From: a virus
Lineage: Duplodnaviria > Caudoviricetes
Length of the DNA stretch: 52,123 nt
Virus record (IMG/VR): IMGVR_UViG_3300042673_000631
Location: 1 to 52,123 of that record
Reading direction: 5' to 3' (one strand)
The position numbers and the translations under genes were made by a program. Under the pieces are notes generated by a model. It was not told where the DNA came from, did no database searches, and saw only the letters and a program-made list of their open reading frames with translations. Position 1 is the first letter of the stretch. The number at the start of each line of letters is the position of its first letter. This document shows, piece by piece, positions 27,470-36,490 of the stretch.

Positions 27470-28527
27470 TGGCTGGAATATGGGTTCATAACGGTTCTGG
27501 TTTTCAGCCGGTTTCTTCGGCTCAAGCACCGTATGTTCATAATGGCACTGAAATGAAACGCACTAAAACTGTTTGGGTTCATAACGGTACGCAGTTCGTT
27601 CAGGCGTATCAGTACGACACTACTAATCCTGTTATTAACGCCAATAGAACTACGACAGGTTTGTCTAATGCGAACATGAGGTTTGCTTGGTCGGGTGGGG
27701 CGTTAGTTACTGATGCTGATTCTGGTGTTGCTTCAGTAAAGATTCAGGTTCAGTACACTCCGTATGGAGGTTCGGGTGAGGGTTGGTCTGACTTCCAGAC
27801 TTTGACTCAGGCACAGTGGGAGGCGACTTCGGGTTCGTTTGATTTTACTCCTTCAACTGCCAAGCGTCGCCAATGGGTTTTCTTTACGGAAACGGTTAGT
27901 CGTTATTATGTCGGGTTCCGTGTTGTTGCTACCGACAATGTGGGGTTGGTTACAAACTCTAGTGAGGTAGCGGCATTTACTAAGCCTTATGGTGGATTGT
28001 TAATTGCTCCAGCCTCTGGTTCTACTGGTTCGGACTCGTATGGTGTTAGCCCTGCCCAATGGTTTGGTTTGACTCAAGGTGGCGTTCGTTTTGGTAACGG
28101 TACAAGTGCTGGTTTAGGTAACTGGACGAACGGTGCGTACTTCTATGGCACAGAACTTGCAGATGCCTGTCTCGGTTATGCACCTGACTCTGGCTCATTC
28201 ATAGTTCAACGCAAATCGTCACAAGGTACTTCAGGCACTGCGTACTTCAAGTACCACGGCAACACATTTTCCACAGGAGCAACTAACGCAACTTTTGGTG
28301 GCGACTTTGTTTCATTTAACCTCACAGGAACTGATGTTTCGGGAACTCTTTCTATGCCTGCTAACTGGCTGTCTGATATTCCGTCTGGAACGGCTAGAGG
28401 TTTTGGTATGTTAAACGGTGGAAGCAGTACGGTTATCAAAGTTCTTTATACTTGGAATGAACAAATTGTCGGCAGTTCACCTCCCACATATTCAAGTTCT
28501 GGCGTAATTTCACTCAATTTTAGTTAG
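27469..28527 (+). CDS. Minor tail protein / receptor-binding candidate
   Basis: Triple WVHNG N-terminal repeat; G/S/T-rich beta domains. Confidence 0.6.
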   Translation: MAGIWVHNGSGFQPVSSAQAPYVHNGTEMKRTKTVWVHNGTQFVQAYQYDTTNPVINANRTTTGLSNANMRFAWSGGALVTDADSGVASVKIQVQYTPYGGSGEGWSDFQTLTQAQWEATSGSFDFTPSTAKRRQWVFFTETVSRYYVGFRVVATDNVGLVTNSSEVAAFTKPYGGLLIAPASGSTGSDSYGVSPAQWFGLTQGGVRFGNGTSAGLGNWTNGAYFYGTELADACLGYAPDSGSFIVQRKSSQGTSGTAYFKYHGNTFSTGATNATFGGDFVSFNLTGTDVSGTLSMPANWLSDIPSGTARGFGMLNGGSSTVIKVLYTWNEQIVGSSPPTYSSSGVISLNFS

Positions 28528-28572
28528 GTCTTGTAATAGAAAACACAATCAACATTCAACAAAGGACTTATT

Positions 28573-29028
28573 ATGGCGATTTCACCTAACACAACATTCG
28601 GTACCGGGGCTGTTCTTACTTCGGATCAGGCAAATCGTTTCCCTCGTGGAGTGATGGCTTTTACTACTGCAACTGCTTCAGACACAACAATTACAAGCGA
28701 AGAAGTACAGTTGGGATTATCGTTTACTGCTGTCGCTAATCGTTACTACAAGATCACCTACTTTGAGCCTGCTCTTTTCCATAGTTCTCAGGCTACTGCT
28801 ACTGCTCGTATCAGATTAGGCACAACTATTGCTGGTACATTGCAACAATCATCTTTGTCTTTTGCCTATTCCACTTCTGAAGAAACAACTTGCGTTGCGA
28901 TAACAACTCTTACTGCTGGTGCAACAAACTTTGTTGCAACATTGCAAAGCAGTTCTGGCACTATCCAAGCGACTCGTAGTGCCACGCTGTATGCGTTTCT
29001 TTTAGTTGAGGATATCGGTCCTGCCTGA
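28573..29028 (+). CDS. Minor tail protein
   Basis: F.TGAVLTS...LLVEDIGPA pattern; AAGGA RBS. Confidence 0.6.
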   Translation: MAISPNTTFGTGAVLTSDQANRFPRGVMAFTTATASDTTITSEEVQLGLSFTAVANRYYKITYFEPALFHSSQATATARIRLGTTIAGTLQQSSLSFAYSTSEETTCVAITTLTAGATNFVATLQSSSGTIQATRSATLYAFLLVEDIGPA

Positions 29029-30323
29029 TGACAACTTTTGGTACGGGTACTGCGATTACTGCTCAGTCGTTAAACACGGCTTTCGCTAATCTTGAAGCAC
29101 AAATAGTTAGTGGTGCGGCGGCGGCTGGTTCTTTAACTGGCACTACTCTTGCTTCTAATGTGGTGAACTCGTCACTCACCTCGGTTGGCACTCTTGCATC
29201 GGGGTCTATACCAACAACCTTGTTGACAGGAATTGTGCCGACTGCACGCGTCAGCGGAAGTTATACAGGCATCACAGGTGTTGGCACTTTGACTGTTGGT
29301 GCTATTCCAGCATCGTTGCTCACTGGCACAACTTTGCCAGCAACGATTGTTGCTTCATCTCTTACTAGCGTTGGCACTTTGAGTGGTCTTACTTCTTCTT
29401 CACGCATTTGGGCGCAAACAGACCTCAGAGTAGGGAACGCTAACTCAGCAGTTTTATCATCAGACCCATATGCATTGATTGTGACACCACAGGGTTATAC
29501 AGGATTACCTGTTCGTATTGGTGAACATTACAATCTCGCTAGTGTTGGAACGCAAAATAGTCAGTTTACTGTTTGGGCTGGTCCTGCTAGTGGTGGTGAG
29601 GTAATCTTCAAACGAGCCGCAAACATAACAATAGCATCGCTCCAAGAAAACGGTCTATATCTATCCGAAGGCTGGTTAAGAACATACGGTCAGCGCGGTT
29701 GGTATAGCGAAACTTATGCTGGCGGAATCTACATGACTGATACCACTTGGGTTAGGACTTACAATGGTAAAAGGTTTTATTCAGACGGTGGGTATTCGGG
29801 GAATGTTAACTACGGTAATTATGGCTCAATGTCTGTGTACGGAGCATCAGGTGCTTGGGAAGGTATTACATTTCCCGATGTGGCGACAACATGGATGTCT
29901 ACTGCTAACGGGCAATACTTTGGGGTATATCGTAACAACACCACATGGAACTTCTATGTTGTTAACGGAACATTTACTCCATCTGACGAAAGATATAAAC
30001 GAGACATTGAACCCTTGCAATACGGTATGAACTTGATACGGGGAATTGTTCCTATCACCTTTGACCCGTTAACAGAAGATCCTGCCGATGATCCTGAACA
30101 GACAGTTGGCAGAACCCATTATGGGTTTACTACACAAAACATTTTGCAAGCACTCGCTAATGTTGGCGAGACAAGAGATGTTGCCATAGTGGATATTGGT
30201 GGACCAGCGAACGAGTCAAATGAGAGTGACCGCCAATACTTGAACCATTCGGGGCTTATCGCCCCTATGGTTAAGGCAATACAAGAGTTAGATTTACGAC
30301 TACAACAATTGGAGACAGTATGA
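29028..30323 (+). CDS. Tail fiber with C-terminal intramolecular chaperone (peptidase S74-like)
   Basis: SSLTSVGTL repeats; GWLRTYG..GWYSETYAGGIYMTD..WVRTYNGK segment; SDERYKRDI...YGFTTQ...LIAPMVKAIQEL. Confidence 0.8.
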   Translation: MTTFGTGTAITAQSLNTAFANLEAQIVSGAAAAGSLTGTTLASNVVNSSLTSVGTLASGSIPTTLLTGIVPTARVSGSYTGITGVGTLTVGAIPASLLTGTTLPATIVASSLTSVGTLSGLTSSSRIWAQTDLRVGNANSAVLSSDPYALIVTPQGYTGLPVRIGEHYNLASVGTQNSQFTVWAGPASGGEVIFKRAANITIASLQENGLYLSEGWLRTYGQRGWYSETYAGGIYMTDTTWVRTYNGKRFYSDGGYSGNVNYGNYGSMSVYGASGAWEGITFPDVATTWMSTANGQYFGVYRNNTTWNFYVVNGTFTPSDERYKRDIEPLQYGMNLIRGIVPITFDPLTEDPADDPEQTVGRTHYGFTTQNILQALANVGETRDVAIVDIGGPANESNESDRQYLNHSGLIAPMVKAIQELDLRLQQLETV

Positions 30324-30460
30324 ACGAAACGCGGGTAGATGCAAACGAAGTTATTGAAGAGTTGCTTGAGCAATTAAAACAAGCGAACCTACAGATGGCT
30401 ATTTTGCGTGTGATGCTAAAAAAAGCAAACTCAACCCCCGTGGAAGAACCACAAATTTAG
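30320..30460 (+). CDS. Small coiled-coil protein (not in ORF track)
   Basis: GGAG RBS, ATGA overlap; MNETRVDANEVIEELLEQLKQANLQMAILR. Confidence 0.55.
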   Translation: MNETRVDANEVIEELLEQLKQANLQMAILRVMLKKANSTPVEEPQI

Positions 30461-30478
30461 GGTTGATATAGTTGGGTC

Positions 30479-30664
30479 GTGCGACGACCGTTCCAGATAG
30501 CCGATCAAATTGGTAAGGGTTTGGTGCTTGGTCTTGTCGCGTCTTGGCTGAGGGATTTTCCTGAGTTGATGATGTGTGTAGTTCCTCTTTTGGCGGGTCT
30601 ATTTGCGTGGTTGTCAACTCTTGTAGGGGATCGTTCCGTCGCTTCGTTTCTGTCTGACGACTGA
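30479..30664 (+). CDS. Small membrane protein (holin-like)
   Basis: Two hydrophobic segments; TATAGT 6 nt before GTG. Confidence 0.55.
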   Translation: MRRPFQIADQIGKGLVLGLVASWLRDFPELMMCVVPLLAGLFAWLSTLVGDRSVASFLSDD

Positions 30665-31860
30665 TGCGTAAGTTGGTTCGGTCTTTACGGCTGATTATTC
30701 CGATGTGTCCTTTGGTGGCAATGTTTTTTATGTCCCCTGTTCGTGCTGAGGGTCGGATTGTTGTTGACGAGCCAACGGATTTTTGGTTGGAGTTTGGTGA
30801 TGCGACACAGTTTCTGGCTGAGACTTTTCAGTCGGGTGATTTGCCTTCGGATCCGCAGTTGTGGCTCTATGACCAGAACGATGTGTTGATTGTTACTAAT
30901 GATGACTTTTTGGGGTTGCAGTCCAAGATTGATGTGGCGATCCCTGCTGGTTCGTATCGTTTGCGGGCAAGCACTTGTTGCCATGAGCCTGATGTCTGGC
31001 GGGACGGTGTTGTGTGGAACATCCGTTATGAGTTGTCATTCAATGGGTCACAAAGTAATCCCGTAACGACTACAGAGCCAGATGCGACGACTACCACGGA
31101 GGTCACCAATGAAACAACTACAACGGTTGAAGAAACCACTACTACTACTGACAGTCCTACCACTAGCAGTAGCACTAGCACTACCTCTTCTACTGTTCCT
31201 AGCAGTACAACATCCAGCAGTGTTGCCGTACCGACCACTGTTGAAGTAACGACTTCTACTTCTGAACCTGATGCGACTACTACTACGGAGCCTGAAACCA
31301 CTACATCTAGTGTTTTGGTGCCAATTACCGAGGTTGCTACCACTACATCTAGTACCAGTGTTGTCCCGATTGTCCAGACGACTACAACGGAGTTGATATC
31401 GGATTTGGTAACAACTACGGTTCAGCCAGATGCGACAGATGTGGACAACCCTGTGGACAGTTCGCCTCCTGATGAGGTCACGGAGCCTGATAGTCCGCTG
31501 ATTACCGACGATTTCACTGATGTTTCTGTTGAGGAGATCGTGGCTGAGTTGGCTGTGGATAAGTTGGAGGCTTTGACTGATGAAGAGGTCGTGGCGTTGA
31601 TTGACGGTATTGCCGAGGCTGACTTGACGGACGAGCAGGCGGATGCGATTGCTGTGGCGTTGTCGGATGCTCCTGATGATGTTAAGGAAGAGTTTGAGTC
31701 TCAGGTGGATGTGTTTTCAGGTCAGTTTGATTCGTATGTGGCTTTGGATTCTTTGATTTCTGTGGGGAAACGGCGTGTCGTGATTGCGGCGACTGCGACG
31801 GCGTTGGTTTTGCCTGCTTCTGCATCCAGCAGTGGCGGATCTAGGAAAGGAAAGAAATGA
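30664..31860 (+). CDS. Secreted/surface protein: PPC-like domain, Thr/Ser mucin-like stalk, acidic helical domain
   Basis: Signal peptide (..PVRA), DPQLWLYD..NDD..GSYRLRA, long T/S tract, C-terminal hydrophobic segment. Confidence 0.65.
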   Translation: MRKLVRSLRLIIPMCPLVAMFFMSPVRAEGRIVVDEPTDFWLEFGDATQFLAETFQSGDLPSDPQLWLYDQNDVLIVTNDDFLGLQSKIDVAIPAGSYRLRASTCCHEPDVWRDGVVWNIRYELSFNGSQSNPVTTTEPDATTTTEVTNETTTTVEETTTTTDSPTTSSSTSTTSSTVPSSTTSSSVAVPTTVEVTTSTSEPDATTTTEPETTTSSVLVPITEVATTTSSTSVVPIVQTTTTELISDLVTTTVQPDATDVDNPVDSSPPDEVTEPDSPLITDDFTDVSVEEIVAELAVDKLEALTDEEVVALIDGIAEADLTDEQADAIAVALSDAPDDVKEEFESQVDVFSGQFDSYVALDSLISVGKRRVVIAATATALVLPASASSSGGSRKGKK

Positions 31861-32021
31861 AGCGATTTATGAAAGAGATTGTTGCTCTTGGTTGGAGTGT
31901 TGTCGGTGCTGGTTTTGTGTTGATGACGGTTTCTGGTCAGGTGTTTCGGACTGGCATGATCCTGACCTTTATCGGGGTTGGTGTGCAGTTGCTAGGGTTG
32001 TTGATGGAGTCTGACGAATGA
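31857..32021 (+). CDS. Small 2-TM membrane protein (not in ORF track)
   Basis: MKRFMKEIVALGWSVVGAGFVLMTVSG...LLGLLMESDE; ATGA overlaps both ends. Confidence 0.6.
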   Translation: MKRFMKEIVALGWSVVGAGFVLMTVSGQVFRTGMILTFIGVGVQLLGLLMESDE

Positions 32022-32275
32022 ACAAATTTATTAGCATCGCAAACCGTATAGTTGCAACTTTTTTAACCTCGGCGTTAAGTATTGTCGGAGGTTCTTCAGT
32101 GTTGAACGCGTTCACTGAAAACGACATTTCTCTTATTCAGTCGGCTTGTTTGGCTGGTGTTGCGGCTTGTGCCCAAGTGATTGAGCGTTTGGCTAAAGCG
32201 TCTTTGGACGGCAACCTGACTTACACCGAAATTAACGAGGCTTTTTTGCCAACCAAAAAGGATGATGCGAAATGA
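32018..32275 (+). CDS. Holin-like membrane protein
   Basis: RIVATF...two TM segments, directly before endolysin. Confidence 0.6.
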   Translation: MNKFISIANRIVATFLTSALSIVGGSSVLNAFTENDISLIQSACLAGVAACAQVIERLAKASLDGNLTYTEINEAFLPTKKDDAK

Positions 32276-32847
32276 CCGTCTACACAGTTCTGCCAATAAT
32301 TATGCCTTCGGATCTTGCTGGTCAAAAGAACGGCGAACTTAATCCTGCGTTGCTTCGGGATATTAAGGCTCCTAACGGAAAGTTGCATCATCTTGCCGCT
32401 ACGGCTTGGAATTGCATGCAGTTGGCGGCGTATTTTGATGGGATTGAGTTGAAGCATGTTGGTGCTTACCGTCCGTTGGCGGAGCAAGTCAAATTGTTTA
32501 ATAGTCGTTATGAGTCGGCTCCGACTGGTCGTGTCCCTCAAGTGACCCGTACTTATCAGGGCAAGACTTGGTATTTGAAGAAGGGCGTTGCACCGGCTGG
32601 AAGCCCCTCCACCAGTAATCACGGGTGGGGACTCGCGATAGATGTTGCCTCAGCATCTGGTAAGCGTTTGGAGTGGTTGCTTGGAGATGGTTTTTCAACC
32701 AGTAACGCTTTAAAGTTCGGTTTCAGTTGGGAAGTTCGTGACGGAGCCAATGCAGAAGCGTGGCACATCCGCTATGTCTGCGGGGACAAACTGCCCCAAG
32801 CAGTGCTAGATGCATTGGTTGCATTCCCGAACCTGAATGCGAACTGA
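32272..32847 (+). CDS. Endolysin, M15/VanY-like peptidase
   Basis: AYR..EQ, SNHGWGLAID, EAWHI zinc motifs. Confidence 0.85.
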   Translation: MTVYTVLPIIMPSDLAGQKNGELNPALLRDIKAPNGKLHHLAATAWNCMQLAAYFDGIELKHVGAYRPLAEQVKLFNSRYESAPTGRVPQVTRTYQGKTWYLKKGVAPAGSPSTSNHGWGLAIDVASASGKRLEWLLGDGFSTSNALKFGFSWEVRDGANAEAWHIRYVCGDKLPQAVLDALVAFPNLNAN

Positions 32848-32850
32848 GTT

Positions 32851-33048
32851 GTGGAAATTATCTGGGTGCCTGTCGCTGTCGCTTTAATTGGCGGTCCCGT
32901 TATGTGGTTTTTGCAAAGGTTTGATAAGCGAAACACGGAACAACATGGGTCAAACATGAAGGTTTTGGAGCGCATTGAGTCCAAGGTGGATCAGGTTGAC
33001 GAGCGGGTTTCGGGTCATATTGATTGGCATGCTCACAAGGGTAAGTAG
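32851..33048 (+). CDS. Membrane protein with coiled coil (lysis-associated)
   Basis: N-terminal TM, C-terminal HIDWH. Confidence 0.6.
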   Translation: MEIIWVPVAVALIGGPVMWFLQRFDKRNTEQHGSNMKVLERIESKVDQVDERVSGHIDWHAHKGK

Positions 33049-33110
33049 GGTTTTGTTACTGTGGTGATGCGAATACCACTATTGGGGTAGCGTTCACTGC
33101 GGAGGTAACG

Positions 33111-33374
33111 ATGAGCGAACTTTTGAAGAAGTTGAATCAGACTGGGACTACAAAAATTTCTCGGTGTGGCGTTGCTTTGTTAAAGGCAAATCTTGATTCT
33201 GCTGAGTGGGATCAGGTTGCCGTCATTATTGGCGAGATGCGAAACGATCGTCTAAGGGCTACGGCTCAAGGGCATACGGCTGTTTGGTTGTCCGATGTTC
33301 TCAAAGAGCATGGGCATTCAGTGTCTTGCCATACAATCCAACGACATATACGGAAGGCGTGTTCTTGTGAGTGA
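33111..33374 (+). CDS. Small HTH/Cys protein preceding metallophosphoesterase
   Basis: GGAGG RBS; TIQRHIRKACSC. Confidence 0.6.
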   Translation: MSELLKKLNQTGTTKISRCGVALLKANLDSAEWDQVAVIIGEMRNDRLRATAQGHTAVWLSDVLKEHGHSVSCHTIQRHIRKACSCE

Positions 33375-34533
33375 TCTCTCTGAAGCGTTAAACAATCCAC
33401 CAAAGCCGATGCGAGAGCGTCTCGGTGCTTTGGCTGAGTTGCTGGAGCGGTCTGGTATTGATATTGATGAGATTGGCAATGTTCAACGGGTCAATGTGTA
33501 TCAGGGGTTCTATAAGGATGAGAACGGTGAAGCGCATACGGTTGACATGCATGGCATCGTGTTGTCGCCTAAGTGGGGTGACGCTCCTGAATATCCTGTG
33601 GTTCAGCCTGCCGCTCCTACGGTGGTTCGCCCTGTCAAGATTCAGTCCAGTAAGCGGACGAGTAAGTTGACGGTCATTTTGCCTGATCCTCAGATTGGTT
33701 ACCGCCGTCTGGATTCTGGTGAGATGTTGACGATGCATGATGAGGATGCGATAGATGTGGCGTTGCAGATCTGTCGTTCTGTCCGTCCTGATGCCATTGT
33801 GAACTTGGGTGACTTTTTGGATCTTCCTGAGTGGTCGTCTAAGTTTTTGGTTTTGCCAGAGTTTGTGTTGACGACTCAGCCTTCGGTTGATCGTGCCCAC
33901 CTATTTTTGGCTCAACAGAGGGCTATTGCCCCTGATGCGACGATCAGTTTGTTGGCTGGTAACCATGATGATCGGTTGGGTAAGCATGTGGCTAAGAACG
34001 CTATGGCGGCTTTGCGGTTGCGTAGGGCTGGTTTGCCGAATGAGTTGCCTGTGTTGTCGCTTCAGTATTTGTTGCGGTTGGAAGAGTTGGGTGTGTCGTA
34101 TGTGTCTGGGTATCCCGCTGGTCGGATCCAGATCGCTAAAGGCGGATATGGTCAAACCCCCCTATATGCCATTCATGGTGAGAAACTAGACATCTCTAAA
34201 GTTGCCCGTGAGGAACGCCAATCGTTCGTTCAAGGGCACATTCACCGTCAAGCAATGCATGCGATGACCTATGAGGTTCGTGGCGAGCCGGAGACAGTTT
34301 TGGCTTTCTCGCCGGGTTGTCTGTGTCGGATTGATGGTGGTGTTCCCAGTACCAAGTCGGCGGTTGACGAGCGGGGTGTACCTGTGGTCAGATGGGAAGC
34401 ATGGCAACAAGGAATAGCGGTCGTGGAGGAATGCGACGATGGGTTTTATCATGTGGAAATTGTTCCTATCTTTCATGGGCGGGCTGTCTACAGAGGAAAG
34501 CAGTATGAGGCTCGTAAAGATTCTGTGGGATGA
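33367..34533 (+). CDS. Calcineurin-like metallophosphoesterase
   Basis: PDPQIG, LGDFLD, AGNHD, HG, GHIH, PGCLC, WQQG motifs. Confidence 0.85.
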   Translation: MSDLSEALNNPPKPMRERLGALAELLERSGIDIDEIGNVQRVNVYQGFYKDENGEAHTVDMHGIVLSPKWGDAPEYPVVQPAAPTVVRPVKIQSSKRTSKLTVILPDPQIGYRRLDSGEMLTMHDEDAIDVALQICRSVRPDAIVNLGDFLDLPEWSSKFLVLPEFVLTTQPSVDRAHLFLAQQRAIAPDATISLLAGNHDDRLGKHVAKNAMAALRLRRAGLPNELPVLSLQYLLRLEELGVSYVSGYPAGRIQIAKGGYGQTPLYAIHGEKLDISKVAREERQSFVQGHIHRQAMHAMTYEVRGEPETVLAFSPGCLCRIDGGVPSTKSAVDERGVPVVRWEAWQQGIAVVEECDDGFYHVEIVPIFHGRAVYRGKQYEARKDSVG

Positions 34534-34738
34534 CGCTTATTCGTTGCCAGATGATTGGCACGATTTGCCGTTGGCTCCGCCTGAAACTCGTCCTATGACG
34601 ACGATCGGGTTTATTGTTTCGGAGTCTAAGTGGGGTATGGCTGTTGCTCATACGCATGATCCTGATGGTGAGACTTGTGCTGGTGTGATTGTGATTCCTA
34701 AAGGGATGATCCGTAAGATCACTGATTTAGTTGCGTGA
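34505..34738 (+). CDS. Small conserved phage protein (WxDA...IPKGM)
   Basis: MRLVKILWDDAYS...TIGF...IPKGMIRKI. Confidence 0.65.
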   Translation: MRLVKILWDDAYSLPDDWHDLPLAPPETRPMTTIGFIVSESKWGMAVAHTHDPDGETCAGVIVIPKGMIRKITDLVA

Positions 34739-34868
34739 CTATTACTGTTGGGAATGCGATCTTGATTGGCGGGGCGGTAAGCATTGTCCTGTGTGTGGCG
34801 GTTTGGGTGAGGAACAGGATGATTTTCCACTAAATACCGCTCAACATGATGTTGACTAGCATACGGTT

Positions 34869-36488
34869 GTGGATTTTGACCTGACTGAGTTAGAGAAAAA
34901 GATGTCTCCTTCGGAGGCTGGTCGTTACGCCGCTGAGATGCGATGGCGTACTCATTCTGGTGCGCCTCGGATGGCTGGGGATAACACGATTTCGTTGCCT
35001 GATCGGTTGAATCGGGCTACTGACAACATGTTGGCTAAGGGTGGCAGTGTTTCTCATTTGGGTGTTGATGAGAGTGACGCTGTTTTGCGTGGTGCGATGA
35101 TGATGGTGGAGCGCACTTTTAGTGAGGCTCGTATGAATCAGCGGGATTACGAGTTGAATGTGCATGCTCAGAAGTCGTGGAATGAGGCTCGTAAGGATCC
35201 TTCGGCGATGCTTCATGTGGTGCGTGTTGGTCGGAATATTGCGGCGGTTGCGGTTACGGTTCGTCCGAATGATGCGACGGTGGAGATTCGGCATTTGAGT
35301 TCTACTGGGGTGTTGAAGGGTGCTGGTTCGGCTTTGTTGGGGTCAATCATTAAGAAGGGTGTGAAGGGTGGGCGTACTACTTTTCGGGTTACGCCGTCTG
35401 AGGAATCTAAGTCTTTTTGGGATGAGTACGGTTTTAGTGGTGCTGTTTATGACCAGTTGGGTAATCCTGATGGGTCGCAGGATTTGGTTGTGAAGCCTGA
35501 GTGGTTGCGTGTTCTTAAGGCTATGTCAAGGTCTGAGGCGGGGAAGGTAGCGGCTCAGGCACGATGGAAGAACCATGTAAAAACAACTGATGCGACACCT
35601 GTTGCTCCGCCTGTTCAGCCGTCTACCCCTAAAAAAATTGCTACTAAGCAGGGCATCGGTCGTGCGTTGAATGATGCGGGGATTAAGAAAACTGGGTATA
35701 TTTATTCGTCCAGAATTCGTGGTTACGCTACACCGACTTCGGGTTGGGAATCTGTGGAAACTGAGAACGGTTTTAAAGTTACTTTCAAGATGGTTAGTGG
35801 TGGAGTGCGAGCGCATTATTCCCAATCTCAAGAAGTGAAAGATCGTATATCGGCTGTTAATCAAGAATATATTGATGGTCAACTGAAAAGAATGCATGAT
35901 GCTCTTAAGGCAAAAGGGTATGACACTTCGTTTGATGGTGAAACAATTTTCGTTAATAACACGAGTCCAGTTTTGGGAGTTTCTTCAAGATCTTCTAGTC
36001 CCGCCAAAATGAGGCAAATAGAGTCAGTGACAACACGGTTTACCGAAATGTCCAACAGTGTAGCCAAGGCTTTTTCTGAAGAATATATGAAAAAGGCGGG
36101 TCTAAAATTAACCGAACAAGGTTACGGTCAAAAAGAGGCTACAGAGGCTGAGTTAAAACTTGGAAAAGAAAAGAAAGACTTCCTCATAAAAATTTTGGAT
36201 GAGCAAGGCAAGAAGGCTCAAGGTGCGATAGAAAATCTTGCTCAAGGATTTATGCCTTTATCGCAAAAAGATATCTTGCAAGGTGTCCGCTCATTTTTAA
36301 AAAGCAAAGAAAAAGAAACTGTTCGGGAAATGCAAAGCAAAGGTTTAGGGTCTTCTAAAAAAGAAGATACTACCGTTGGTTCTATGGTTTATTCAACTAC
36401 GCGAGCGGTTTTAGAAAATGCACGACTGTTTATTGATTTAGCAATAGAACGAGCCACGCCTCTAGTAGAAAAACAACCGAAAGGGTAG
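34869..36488 (+). CDS. Tagged cargo polyprotein 6: tag, GNAT, tag, unknown domains
   Basis: LEKKMSPSEAGRYAAEMRW 34893-34946; GAGSALLGSII...SKSFWDEYGF; VLKAMSRSEAGKVAAQARWKNH 35514-35576. Confidence 0.65.
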   Translation: MDFDLTELEKKMSPSEAGRYAAEMRWRTHSGAPRMAGDNTISLPDRLNRATDNMLAKGGSVSHLGVDESDAVLRGAMMMVERTFSEARMNQRDYELNVHAQKSWNEARKDPSAMLHVVRVGRNIAAVAVTVRPNDATVEIRHLSSTGVLKGAGSALLGSIIKKGVKGGRTTFRVTPSEESKSFWDEYGFSGAVYDQLGNPDGSQDLVVKPEWLRVLKAMSRSEAGKVAAQARWKNHVKTTDATPVAPPVQPSTPKKIATKQGIGRALNDAGIKKTGYIYSSRIRGYATPTSGWESVETENGFKVTFKMVSGGVRAHYSQSQEVKDRISAVNQEYIDGQLKRMHDALKAKGYDTSFDGETIFVNNTSPVLGVSSRSSSPAKMRQIESVTTRFTEMSNSVAKAFSEEYMKKAGLKLTEQGYGQKEATEAELKLGKEKKDFLIKILDEQGKKAQGAIENLAQGFMPLSQKDILQGVRSFLKSKEKETVREMQSKGLGSSKKEDTTVGSMVYSTTRAVLENARLFIDLAIERATPLVEKQPKG

Positions 36489-36490
36489 TT

